Assembly (NCBI RefSeq): GCF_009914755.1
Contig: NC_060948.1
Origin: the human T2T-CHM13v2.0 reference genome, Homo sapiens
Length of the DNA stretch: 64,000 bases
Strand: one strand, 5' to 3'
Position numbers and translations under genes: made by a program
In this document: piece after piece, positions 10,810 through 25,059 of the stretch
Layout of the letters: every line of letters begins with the position of its first letter
Position numbering within the stretch: the stretch's first letter is position 1
The notes under the pieces: generated by a model
The model's input: only the letters and a program-made list of their open reading frames with translations
What the model was told of the DNA's origin: nothing
Databases searched by the model: none

Positions 10810-13800
10810 ATGGAGTCAAATGGAATGGTCTGGAATGGAATGAACACGAATGTAATGCAATCCAATAGAATGGAATCGAATGGCATGGAATATAAAGAAA
10901 TGGAATCGAAGAGAATGGAAACAAATGGAATGGAATTGAATGGAATGGAATTGAATGGAATGGGAACGAATGGAGTGAAATTGTATGCAGTAGAAGGGAA
11001 TAGAATGGAATGCAAGCGAAAGGAAAGGAATGGATTGGAATGGAATGGAATTCATTGGAATGGAAGGGAATGTAGTGTAATGGACAGGCCTGGAATAAAG
11101 TGGAATGCTACGGTCTCGAATGGAATAAAAATGTATGGAATGGAATGCAATGAAACGGAATCGAATGTCATAGAATGTAATGGAATGCAAAAAAATGGAA
11201 TCCAAAATCATTGACTGGAAAGGCTGGGTGTCGAAAGGAATTGACTCCAATGGAATGGAATCGAATGGAATGGAAGTGAATAGAATCGAACTAAATCGAA
11301 TGGAATGGAATTGATAGGAACGGAATGGAAAGGAATGCAATGATTTGGCACGGAATGGAATCGAATGGCATCGAATGGAATGGAATGGAATGCAATGGAA
11401 TGGAATGCATTAGAATGTAATGAACTTTAATGGAATGTACTCGAATGGATTCGACTGGAATGGAATGTTCTGGAAGTGAATGGACTCCAATGGAATGGAT
11501 TCCAAAGGAATGGAATCGTACGGAATGGAATCTAATGGAATGGAATTAAATGGAAATGAATCAAATTGAATAGCACGGAATTGAATTGAATGGAATGGAA
11601 TGCAATGGAATCTAATGAAACGGAAAGGAAAGGAATGGAATGGAATGGAATGGGCTGGAATGGAAAGGAATCGAAACGAATGGAATGGAATCGAACTGAA
11701 GAGACTGGAATGGAATGCACTGGAATGGAAGGGAGTGTAATGGAAGGTTCTCGAAAAAAATGGAATCGAATGGAATGGAATTGAATGGAACGGAATAGAG
11801 TCGAATGGAATTGAATGGAATGGAATGGACTAGAGTGAAATGGAATCGAACCACAAGGAATGGACAGGAATAGAATGGTCTCGAATTGAATGGAATCGTA
11901 TGGAATGGCATCAAACGGAATGGAATGGACAGCCACGGAATGGAATGCACTCGAATGCAATGGAGTCGAAACTAATGGACTGGAATAGAATGGACTCGAC
12001 TGGTACGGACTCCAATGGAATGGAATCGAATGGAAGGGAATCGAACGGAATGGACTCGAAGGGAAAAGACTGCAATGGAAAGGTCTCGAATGGAATGGAA
12101 ATTAATGGAATGGAATGGAATCGAATGAAATGGAGTCAAAAGGAATGGAATCGAATGGCAAGAAATCGAATGTAATGGAATCGCAAGGAATTGATGTGAG
12201 CGGAACGGAATGGAATGGAATCCAAAGGAATGGAATAGAATGGAATGGAATCGAATGGAAAGGACTTGAATGGAAATCACTCGAATAGAATGCAATTTAA
12301 TAAAATAGGATCAAATGTAATGGAATGGAATGGAAAGGAATCGAAACGAAAGGAATGGAGACAAATGGAATGGAATGGAACAGAGAGCAATGGTATAGAA
12401 TGGAATGGAATCATCTGGAATGGAATTGAATGGAATGGAATAATATGAAATGGAATGGAATGGAATGGAATGGAATGCCCTTGAATTAAATGGACTGGAA
12501 TGGAATGGACTCGAACAGAGTGGAATGGAAAGTGTTGAGATAGAATGGAATGGACTCCTTTGGAATGGTGTAGTATGCAATGCAATCGACTGGCAGGGAA
12601 TCAAAAGGAATGTAATGGAAGGGATTGGACTGGAATGCAATGGACTCGAATAGATTGGAAACGGAATGCAAAGGAATGGAATGGAATAGTATGGAATGGA
12701 ATGGAAAGGAATGGAGTGGAATAGACTAGAGTGGAATGGAATGGACTGGAAAGCAATGGACTGGAATGGAACTTTCTTGAATGGACTGGAATCAAACGGA
12801 ATGGAATGCAATGCAATCAAATGGCATGGAATAAAATAGAATGAAAGAGAATCAAATGGAATTGAATCGAATGGAATCGAATGGATTGGAAAGGAATAGA
12901 ATGGAATGGAATGGAATTGACTCAAATGGAATGGACTAGAATGGAATGGATTCGAATGGAAGGCAAAGGAATGGAATCTATTGGAATGGACTGTAATGGA
13001 ATGGAATGGAAGGGATTGGAATGGACTCGAATGGAATGGACTGCAATAGAAAGGATTCGAATGGAATGAAAAAGAATTGAATGGAATAGAACAGAATGGA
13101 ATCAAATCGAATGAAATGGAATGGAATAGAAAGGAATGGAATGAAATGGAATGGAAAGGATTCGAATGGAATGCAATCGAATGGAATGGAATCGAACGGA
13201 ATGGAATAAAATGGAAGAAAACTGGCAAGAAATGGAATCGAAATGAATGGAGTGTTATGGAACGGACTCAAAAGGAATTGAATGTAATAGAATGGAGTGG
13301 AGTGGACTCGAATATAATGGACTGGAATGGAATGAAATCACATGGAATGGGAACGAATGGAATGGAATGGAAAGGAATGGAATCGAATGGAAAGGAATCG
13401 AATGGAAGGGAATGAAATTGAATCAACAGGAATGGAAGGGAATAGAATAGACGGTAATGTAATGGACTCGAATAGAATGGACACGAATGCTCAAATTGAA
13501 TGGACTCGAATGGAATGGAAACGAAAGGAATGTCATCGAATGGAATTGAATGGATTGGAATGAAATCGCATAGAATGGAGTGGAATCAAATGGAATTGAA
13601 TCGAAAGGAAAGGAAGCGAATGGACTGAAATGAAATGGAATGGAATTGAATGGAAAGTAATGCAATGGAATAGAATGGAACGAAATTTCACGGAATGGAA
13701 TCAAACTGAATGGAATCAAATCAATGGAATCAAATCAAATGGAATGGAAAGGAATTGAATGGAGTAGATTGGATTGGATGGGATTGGAATGAAATGTACT

Positions 13801-14378
13801 GGAAAGGACTCGAATTTCATGAAACGGAATGGAATGAATTGGAACGGAATGGACTCGAATGGAATGGAATGTCATGGAATGGCATCAAATGGAATGGCAT
13901 CAAATGGAATGGAATCGAATGCAATGGAATGCTATGGAATGGAATGGAATGCATTGGAATGGAATGTCCTCTAATGGAATGGATTCGAGTGTAATGGAAT
14001 CGAATATAATGGAGTCGAATGAAATGGAATTGAAAGGAATGGGATCGAATACAATGGAATATACTGGAATGTAATGTAATGAACTCGAATGTAATTGACT
14101 GGAATGGAATGTACATGAATGGAATGTAATCGAATGGAAAGTAATCCAATGGAATAGAATCTAATGCAATAAAACCGACTCAGATAGAGTAGAATGTAAT
14201 GGAATGGAGTGCAGTGCAATGGAATGGAATGGAATGGAAGGCAATGGAATGGAATGGAATGGAATGGAATGGAATGGAATGGGATGGAATGGGATGGAAT
14301 GGTATGGAATGGATAGTAATGGACTGGAGTGAAATGGACTGGAAAGGAATGGACTCAAATTGAAAGGGCTCGAAAGGA
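10810..14378 (+). repeat. DYZ1 unit U4 (3569 bp)
   Basis: Landmark spacing; the first ~2.6 kb matches U2. Confidence 0.93.
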
Positions 14379-17300
14379 ATGGAGTCAAATGGAATGGTCT
14401 GGAATGGAATGAACACGAATGTAATGCAATCCAATAGAATGGAATCGAATGGCATGGAATATAAAGAAATGGAATCGAAGAGAATGGAAACAAATGGAAT
14501 GGAATTGAATGGAATGGAATTGAATGGAATGGGAACGAATGGAGTGAAATTGTATGCAGTAGAAGGGAATAGAATGGAATGCAAGCGAAAGGAAAGGAAT
14601 GGATTGGAATGGAATGGAATTCATTGGAATGGAAGGGAATGTAGTGTAATGGACAGGCCTGGAATAAAGTGGAATGCTACGGTCTCGAATGGAATAAAAA
14701 TGTATGGAATGGAATGCAATGAAACGGAATCGAATGTCATAGAATGTAATGGAATGCAAAAAAATGGAATCCAAAATCATTGACTGGAAAGGCTGGGTGT
14801 CGAAAGGAATTGACTCCAATGGAATGGAATCGAATGGAATGGAAGTGAATAGAATCGAACTAAATCGAATGGAATGGAATTGATAGGAACGGAATGGAAA
14901 GGAATGCAATGATTTGGCACGGAATGGAATCGAATGGCATCGAATGGAATGGAATGGAATGCAATGGAATGGAATGCATTAGAATGTAATGAACTTTAAT
15001 GGAATGTACTCGAATGGATTCGACTGGAATGGAATGTTCTGGAAGTGAATGGACTCCAATGGAATGGATTCCAAAGGAATGGAATCGTACGGAATGGAAT
15101 CTAATGGAATGGAATTAAATGGAAATGAATCAAATTGAATAGCACGGAATTGAATTGAATGGAATGGAATGCAATGGAATCTAATGAAACGGAAAGGAAA
15201 GGAATGGAATGGAATGGAATGGGCTGGAATGGAAAGGAATCGAAACGAATGGAATGGAATCGAACTGAAGAGACTGGAATGGAATGCACTGGAATGGAAG
15301 GGAGTGTAATGGAAGGTTCTCGAAAAAAATGGAATCGAATGGAATGGAATTGAATGGAACGGAATAGAGTCGAATGGAATTGAATGGAATGGAATGGACT
15401 AGAGTGAAATGGAATCGAACCACAAGGAATGGACAGGAATAGAATGGTCTCGAATTGAATGGAATCGTATGGAATGGCATCAAACGGAATGGAATGGACA
15501 GCCACGGAATGGAATGCACTCGAATGCAATGGAGTCGAAACTAATGGACTGGAATAGAATGGACTCGACTGGTACGGACTCCAATGGAATGGAATCGAAT
15601 GGAAGGGAATCGAACGGAATGGACTCGAAGGGAAAAGACTGCAATGGAAAGGTCTCGAATGGAATGGAAATTAATGGAATGGAATGGAATCGAATGAAAT
15701 GGAGTCAAAAGGAATGGAATCGAATGGCAAGAAATCGAATGTAATGGAATCGCAAGGAATTGATGTGAGCGGAACGGAATGGAATGGAATCCAAAGGAAT
15801 GGAATAGAATGGAATGGAATCGAATGGAAAGGACTTGAATGGAAATCACTCGAATAGAATGCAATTTAATAAAATAGGATCAAATGTAATGGAATGGAAT
15901 GGAAAGGAATCGAAACGAAAGGAATGGAGACAAATGGAATGGAATGGAACAGAGAGCAATGGTATAGAATGGAATGGAATCATCTGGAATGGAATTGAAT
16001 GGAATGGAATAATATGAAATGGAATGGAATGGAATGGAATGGAATGCCCTTGAATTAAATGGACTGGAATGGAATGGACTCGAACAGAGTGGAATGGAAA
16101 GTGTTGAGATAGAATGGAATGGACTCCTTTGGAATGGTGTAGTATGCAATGCAATCGACTGGCAGGGAATCAAAAGGAATGTAATGGAAGGGATTGGACT
16201 GGAATGCAATGGACTCGAATAGATTGGAAACGGAATGCAAAGGAATGGAATGGAATAGTATGGAATGGAATGGAAAGGAATGGAGTGGAATAGACTAGAG
16301 TGGAATGGAATGGACTGGAAAGCAATGGACTGGAATGGAACTTTCTTGAATGGACTGGAATCAAACGGAATGGAATGCAATGCAATCAAATGGCATGGAA
16401 TAAAATAGAATGAAAGAGAATCAAATGGAATTGAATCGAATGGAATCGAATGGATTGGAAAGGAATAGAATGGAATGGAATGGAATTGACTCAAATGGAA
16501 TGGACTAGAATGGAATGGATTCGAATGGAAGGCAAAGGAATGGAATCTATTGGAATGGACTGTAATGGAATGGAATGGAAGGGATTGGAATGGACTCGAA
16601 TGGAATGGACTGCAATAGAAAGGATTCGAATGGAATGAAAAAGAATTGAATGGAATAGAACAGAATGGAATCAAATCGAATGAAATGGAATGGAATAGAA
16701 AGGAATGGAATGAAATGGAATGGAAAGGATTCGAATGGAATGCAATCGAATGGAATGGAATCGAACGGAATGGAATAAAATGGAAGAAAACTGGCAAGAA
16801 ATGGAATCGAAATGAATGGAGTGTTATGGAACGGACTCAAAAGGAATTGAATGTAATAGAATGGAGTGGAGTGGACTCGAATATAATGGACTGGAATGGA
16901 ATGAAATCACATGGAATGGGAACGAATGGAATGGAATGGAAAGGAATGGAATCGAATGGAAAGGAATCGAATGGAAGGGAATGAAATTGAATCAACAGGA
17001 ATGGAAGGGAATAGAATAGACGGTAATGTAATGGACTCGAATAGAATGGACACGAATGCTCAAATTGAATGGACTCGAATGGAATGGAAACGAAAGGAAT
17101 GTCATCGAATGGAATTGAATGGATTGGAATGAAATCGCATAGAATGGAGTGGAATCAAATGGAATTGAATCGAAAGGAAAGGAAGCGAATGGACTGAAAT
17201 GAAATGGAATGGAATTGAATGGAAAGTAATGCAATGGAATAGAATGGAACGAAATTTCACGGAATGGAATCAAACTGAATGGAATCAAATCAATGGAATC

Positions 17301-17947
17301 AAATCAAATGGAATGGAAAGGAATTGAATGGAGTAGATTGGATTGGATGGGATTGGAATGAAATGTACTGGAAAGGACTCGAATTTCATGAAACGGAATG
17401 GAATGAATTGGAACGGAATGGACTCGAATGGAATGGAATGTCATGGAATGGCATCAAATGGAATGGCATCAAATGGAATGGAATCGAATGCAATGGAATG
17501 CTATGGAATGGAATGGAATGCATTGGAATGGAATGTCCTCTAATGGAATGGATTCGAGTGGAATGGAATCGAATATAATGGAGTCGAATGAAATGGAATT
17601 GAAAGGAATGGGATCGAATACAATGGAATATACTGGAATGTAATGTAATGAACTCGAATGTAATTGACTGGAATGGAATGTACATGAATGGAATGTAATC
17701 GAATGGAAAGTAATCCAATGGAATAGAATCTAATGCAATAAAACCGACTCAGATAGAGTAGAATGTAATGGAATGGAGTGCAGTGCAATGGAATGGAATG
17801 GAATGGAAGGCAATGGAATGGAATGGAATGGAATGGAATGGAATGGAATGGAATGGAATGGGATGGAATGGGATGGAATGGATAGTAATGGACTGGAGTG
17901 AAATGGACTGGAAAGGAATGGACTCAAATTGAAAGGGCTCGAAAGGA
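14379..17947 (+). repeat. DYZ1 unit U5 (3569 bp), near-copy of U4
   Basis: Shares GACTTGAAT, GAGCGGAAC, CGGTAATGTAAT, AAAACCGACT and GGAAGGCAAT with U4. Confidence 0.93.
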
Positions 17948-20900
17948 ATGGAGTCAAATGGAATGGTCTGGAATGGAATGAACACGAATGTAATGCAATC
18001 CAATAGAATGGAATCGAATGGCATGGAATATAAAGAAATGGAATCGAAGAGAATGGAAACAAATGGAATGGAATTGAATGGAATGGAATTGAATGGAATG
18101 GGAACGAATGGAGTGAAATTGTATGCAGTAGAAGGGAATAGAATGGAATGCAAGCGAAAGGAAAGGAATGGATTGGAATGGAATGGAATTCATTGGAATG
18201 GAAGGGAATGTAGTGTAATGGACAGGCCTGGAATAAAGTGGAATGCTACGGTCTCGAATGGAATAAAAATGTATGGAATGGAATGCAATGAAACGGAATC
18301 GAATGTCATAGAATGTAATGGAATGCAAAAAAATGGAATCCAAAATCATTGACTGGAAAGGCTGGGTGTCGAAAGGAATTGACTCCAATGGAATGGAATC
18401 GAATGGAATGGAAGTGAATAGAATCGAACTAAATCGAATGGAATGGAATTGATAGGAACGGAATGGAAAGGAATGCAATGATTTGGCATGGAATAGAATC
18501 GAATGGCATCGAATGGAATGGAATGGAATGCAATGGAATGGAATGTATTAGAATGTAATGAACTTTAATGGAATGTACTCGAATGGATTCGACTGGAATG
18601 GAATGTTCTGGAAGTGAATGGACTCCAATGGAATGGATTCAAAAGGAATGGAATCGTACGGAATGGAATCTAATGGAATGGAATTAAATGGAAATGAATC
18701 AAATTGAATAGCACGGAATTGAATTGAATGGAATGGAATGCAATGGAATCTAATGAAACGGAAAGGAAAGGAATTGAATGGAATGGAAAGGGCTGGAATG
18801 GAAAGGAATCGAAACGAATGGAATGGAATCGAACTGAAGAGACTGGAATGGAATGCACTGGAATGGAAGGGAGTGTAATGGAAGGTTCTCGAAAAAAATG
18901 GAATCGAATGGAATGGAATTGAATGGAACGGAATAGAGTCGAATGGAATTGAATGGAATGGAATGGACTAGAGTGAAATGGAATCGAACCACAAGGAATG
19001 GACAGGAATAGAATGGTCTCGAATTGAATGGAATCGTATGGAATGGCATCAAACGGAATGGAATGGACAGCCACGGAATGGAATGCACTCGAATGCAATG
19101 GAGTCGAAACTAATGGACTGGAATAGAATGGACTCGACTGGTACGGACTCCAATGGAATGGAATCGAATGGAAGGGAATCGAACGGAATGGACTCGAAGG
19201 GAAAAGACTGCAATGGAAAGGTCTCGAATGGAATGGAAATTAATGGAATGGAATGGAATCGAATGAAATGGAGTCAAAAGGAATGGAATCGAATGGCAAG
19301 AAATCGAATGTAATGGAATCGCAAGGAATTGATGTGAACGGAACGGAATGGAATGGAATCCAAAGGAATGGAATAGAATGGAATGGAATCGAATGGAAAG
19401 GACTCGAATGGAAATCACTCGAATAGAATGCAATTTAATAAAATAGGATCAAATGTAATGGAATGGAATGGAAAGGAATCGAAACGAAAGGAATGGAGAC
19501 AGATGGAATGGAATGGAACAGAGAGCAATGGTATAGAATGGAATGGAATCATCTGGAATGGAATTGAATGGAATGGAATAATATGAAATGGAATGGAATG
19601 GAATGGAATGGAATGGAATGCCCTTGAATTAAATGGACTGGAATGGAATGGACTCGAACAGAGTGGAATGGAAAGTGTTGAGATAGAATGGAATGGACTC
19701 CTTTGGAATGGTGTAGTATGCAATGCAATCGACTGGCAGGGAATCAAAAGGAATGTAATGGAATGGATTGGACTGGAATGCAATGGACTCGAATAGATTG
19801 GAAACGGAATGCAAAGGAATGGAATGGAATAGTATGGAATGGAATGGAAAGGAATGGAGTGGAATAGACTAGAGTGGAATGGAATGGACTGGAAAGCAAT
19901 GGACTGGAATGGAACTTTCTTGAATGGACTGGAATCAAACGGAATGGAATGCAATGCAATCAAATGGCATGGAATAAAATACAATGAAAGAGAATCAAAT
20001 GGAATTGAATCGAATGGAATCGAATGGATTGGAAAGGAATAGAATGGAATGGAATGGAATTGACTCAAATGGAATGGATTCGAATGGAAGGCAAAGGAAT
20101 GGAATCTATTGGAATGGACTGTAATGGAATGGAATGGAAGGGATTGGAATGGACTCGAATGGAATGGACTGCAATAGAAAGGATTCGAATGGAATGAAAA
20201 AGAATTGAATGGAATAGAACAGAATGGAATCAAATCGAATGAAATGGAATGGAATAGAAAGGAATGGAATGAAATGGAATGGAAAGGATTCGAATGGAAT
20301 GCAATCGAATGGAATGGAATCGAACGGAATGGAATAAAATGGAAGAAAACTGGCAAGAAATGGAATCGAAATGAATGGAGTGTTATGGAACGGACTCAAA
20401 AGGAATTGAATGTAATAGAATGGAGTGGAGTGGACTCGAATATAATGGACTGGAATGGAATGAAATCACAAGGAATGGGAACGAATGGAATGGAATGGAA
20501 AGGAATGGAATCGAATGGAAAGGAATCGAATGGAAGGGAATGAAATTGAATCAACAGGAATGGAAGGGAATAGAATAGACGGTAATGGAATGGACTCGAA
20601 TAGAATGGACACGAATGCTCAAATTGAATGGACTCGAATGGAATGGAAACGAAAGGAATGTCATCGAATGGAATTGAATGGATTGGAATGAAATCGCATA
20701 GAATGGAGTGGAATCAAATGGAATTGAATCGAAAGGAAAGGAAGCGAATGGACTGAAATGAAATGGAATGGAATTGAATGGAAAGTAATGCAATGGAATA
20801 GAATGGAACGAAATTTCACGGAATGGAATCAAACTGAATGGAATCAAATCAATGGAATCAAATCAAATGGAATGGAAAGGAATTGAATGGAGTAGATTGG

Positions 20901-21501
20901 ATTGGATGGGATTGGAATGAAATGTACTGGAAAGGACTCGAATTTCATGAAACGGAATGGAATGAATTGGAACGGAATGGACTCGAATGGAATGGAATGT
21001 CATGGAATGGCATCAAATGGAATGGCATTAAATGGAATGGAATCGAATGCAATGGAATGCTATGGAATGGAATGGAATGCATTGGAATGGAATGTCCTCT
21101 AATGGAATGGATTCGAGTGGAATGGAATCGAATATAATGGAGTCGAATGAAATGGAATTGAAAGGAATGGGATCGAATACAATGGAATATACTGGAATGT
21201 AATGTAATGAACTCGAATGTAATTGACTGGAATGGAATGTACATGAATGGAATGTAATCGAATGGAAAGTAATCCAATGGAATTGAATCTAAGGCAATAA
21301 AATCGACTCAGATAGAGTAGAATGTAATGGAATGGAGTGCAGTGCAATGGAATGGAATGGAATGGAATGCAATGGAATGGAATGGAATGGAATGGAATGG
21401 AATGGGATGGAATGGGATGGAATGGTATGGAATGGATAGTAATGGACTGGAGTGAAATGGACTGGAAAGGAATGGACTCAAATTGAAAGGGCTCGAAAGG
21501 A
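17948..21501 (+). repeat. DYZ1 unit U6 (3554 bp)
   Basis: +5 at ~19590, -15 (GGACTAGAATGGAAT absent) at ~20075, -5 at ~21400. Confidence 0.93.
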
Positions 21502-24500
21502 ATGGAGTCAAATGGAATGGTCTGGAATGGAATGAACACGAATGTAATGCAATCCAATAGAATGGAATCGAATGGCATGGAATATAAAGAAATGGAATCG
21601 AAGAGAATGGAAACAAATGGAATGGAATTGAATGGAATGGAATTGAATGGAATGGGAACGAATGGAGTGAAATTGTATGCAGTAGAAGGGAATAGAATGG
21701 AATGCAAGCGAAAGGAAAGGAATGGATTGGAATGGAATGGAATTCATTGGAATGGAAGGGAATGTAGTGTAATGGACAGGCCTGGAATAAAGTGGAATGC
21801 TACGGTCTCGAATGGAATAAAAATGTATGGAATGGAATGCAATGAAACGGAATCGAATGTCATAGAATGTAATGGAATGCAAAAAAATGGAATCCAAAAT
21901 CATTGACTGGAAAGGCTGGGTGTCGAAAGGAATTGACTCCAATGGAATGGAATCGAATGGAATGGAAGTGAATAGAATCGAACTAAATCGAATGGAATGG
22001 AATTGATAGGAACGGAATGGAAAGGAATGCAATGATTTGGCACGGAATGGAATCGAATGGCATCGAATGGAATGGAATGGAATGCAATGGAATGGAATGC
22101 ATTAGAATGTAATGAACTTTAATGGAATGTACTCGAATGGATTCGACTGGAATGGAATGTTCTGGAAGTGAATGGACTCCAATGGAATGGATTCCAAAGG
22201 AATGGAATCGTACGGAATGGAATCTAATGGAATGGAATTAAATGGAAATGAATCAAATTGAATAGCACGGAATTGAATTGAATGGAATGGAATGCAATGG
22301 AATCTAATGAAACGGAAAGGAAAGGAATGGAATGGAATGGAATGGGCTGGAATGGAAAGGAATCGAAACGAATGGAATGGAATCGAACTGAAGAGACTGG
22401 AATGGAATGCACTGGAATGGAAGGGAGTGTAATGGAAGGTTCTCGAAAAAAATGGAATCGAATGGAATGGAATTGAATGGAACGGAATAGAGTCGAATGG
22501 AATTGAATGGAATGGAATGGACTAGAGTGAAATGGAATCGAACCACAAGGAATGGACAGGAATAGAATGGTCTCGAATTGAATGGAATCGTATGGAATGG
22601 CATCAAACGGAATGGAATGGACAGCCACGGAATGGAATGCACTCGAATGCAATGGAGTCGAAACTAATGGACTGGAATAGAATGGACTCGACTGGTACGG
22701 ACTCCAATGGAATGGAATCGAATGGAAGGGAATCGAACGGAATGGACTCGAAGGGAAAAGACTGCAATGGAAAGGTCTCGAATGGAATGGAAATAAATGG
22801 AATGGAATGGAATCGAATGAAATGGAGTCAAAAGGAATGGAATCGAATGGCAAGAAATCGAATATAATGGAATCGCAAGGAATTGATGTGAGCGGAACGG
22901 AATGGAATGGAATCCAAAGGAATGGAATAGAATGGAATGGAATCGAATGGAAAGGACTTGAATGGAAATCACTCGAATAGAATGCAATTTAATAAAATAG
23001 GATCAAATGTAATGGAATGGAATGGAAAGGAATCGAAACGAAAGGAATGGAGACAGATGGAATGGAATGGAACAGAGAGCAATGGTATAGAATGGAATGG
23101 AATCATCTGGAATGGAATTGAATGGAATGGAATAATATGAAATGGAATGGAATGGAATGGAATGGAATGCCCTTGAATTAAATGGACTGGAATGGAATGG
23201 ACTCGAACAGAGTGGAATGGAAAGTGTTGAGATAGAATGGAATGGACTCCTTTGGAATGGTGTAGTATGCAATGCAATCGACTGGCAGGGAATCAAAAGG
23301 AATGTAATGGAAGGGATTGGACTGGAATGCAATGGACTCGAATAGATTGGAAACGGAATGCAAAGGAATGGAATGGAATAGTATGGAATGGAATGGAAAG
23401 GAATGGAGTGGAATAGACTAGAGTGGAATGGAATGGACTGGAAAGCAATGGACTGGAATGGAACTTTCTTGAATGGACTGGAATCAAACGGAATGGAATG
23501 CAATGCAATCAAATGGCATGGAATAAAATAGAATGAAAGAGAATCAAATGGAATTGAATCGAATGGAATCGAATGGATTGGAAAGGAATAGAATGGAATG
23601 GAATGGAATTGACTCAAATGGAATGGACTAGAATGGAATGGATTCGAATGGAAGGCAAAGGAATGGAATCTATTGGAATGGACTGTAATGGAATGGAATG
23701 GAAGGGATTGGAATGGACTCGAATGGAATGGACTGCAATAGAAAGGATTCGAATGGAATGAAAAAGAATTGAATGGAATAGAACAGAATGGAATCAAATC
23801 GAATGAAATGGAATGGAATAGAAAGGAATGGAATGAAATGGAATGGAAAGGATTCGAATGGAATGCAATCGAATGGAATGGAATCGAACGGAATGGAATA
23901 AAATGGAAGAAAACTGGCAAGAAATGGAATCGAAATGAATGGAGTGTTATGGAACGGATTCAAAAGGAACTGAATGTAAAAGAATGGAGTGGAGTGGACT
24001 CGAATATAATGGACTGGAATGGAATGAAATCACATGGAATGGGAACGAATGGAATGGAATGGAAAGGAATGGAATCGAATGGAAAGGAATCGAATGGAAG
24101 GGAATGAAATTGAATCAACAGGAATGGAAGGGAATAGAATAGACGGTAATGGAATGGACTCGAATAGAATGGACACGAATGCTCAAATTGAATGGACTCC
24201 AATGGAATGGAAACGAAAGGAATGTCATCGAATAGAATTGAATCGACCTGAATGAAATCGCAAGAATGGAGTGGAATCAAATGGAATTGAATCGAAAGGA
24301 AAGGAAGCGAATGGACTGAAATGAAATGGAATGGAATTGAATGGAAAGTAATGCAATGGAATAGAATGGAACGAAATTTCACGGAATGGAATCAAACTGA
24401 AAGGAATCAAATCAATGGAATCTAATCAAATGGAATGGAAGGGAATTGAATGGAGTAGATTGGATTGGATGGGATTGGAGTGAAATGTACTGGAAAGGAC

Positions 24501-25059
24501 TCGAATTTCATGAAACGGAATGGAATGAATTGGAACGGAATGGACTCGAATGGAATGGAATGTCATGGAATGGCATCAAATGGAATGGCATCAAATGGAA
24601 TGGAATCGAATGCAATGGAATGCTATGGAATGGAATGGAATGCATTGGAATGGAATGTCCTCTAATGGAATGGATTCGAGTGGAATGGAATCGAATATAA
24701 TGGAGTCGAATGAAATGGAATTGAAAGAAATGGGATCGAATACAATGGAATATGCTGGAATGTAATGTAATGAACTCGAATGTAATTGACTGGAATGGAA
24801 TGTACATGAATGGAATGTAATCGAATGGAAAGTAATCCAATGGAATAGAATCTAATGCAATAAAATCGACTCAGATAGAGTAGAATGTAATGGAATGGAG
24901 TGCAGTACAATGGAATGGAATGGAATGCAATGGAATGGAATGGAATGGAATGGAATGGAATGGGATGGAATGGGATGTAATGGTATGGAGTGGATAGTAA
25001 TGGACTGGAGTGAAATGGACTGGAAAGGAATGGACTCAAATTGAAAGGGCTCGAAAGGA
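21502..25059 (+). repeat. DYZ1 unit U7 (3558 bp), U2-like
   Basis: 1-bp deletion CGCAAGAAT at ~24262, -10 in the terminal GGAAT runs, several private substitutions. Confidence 0.93.
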
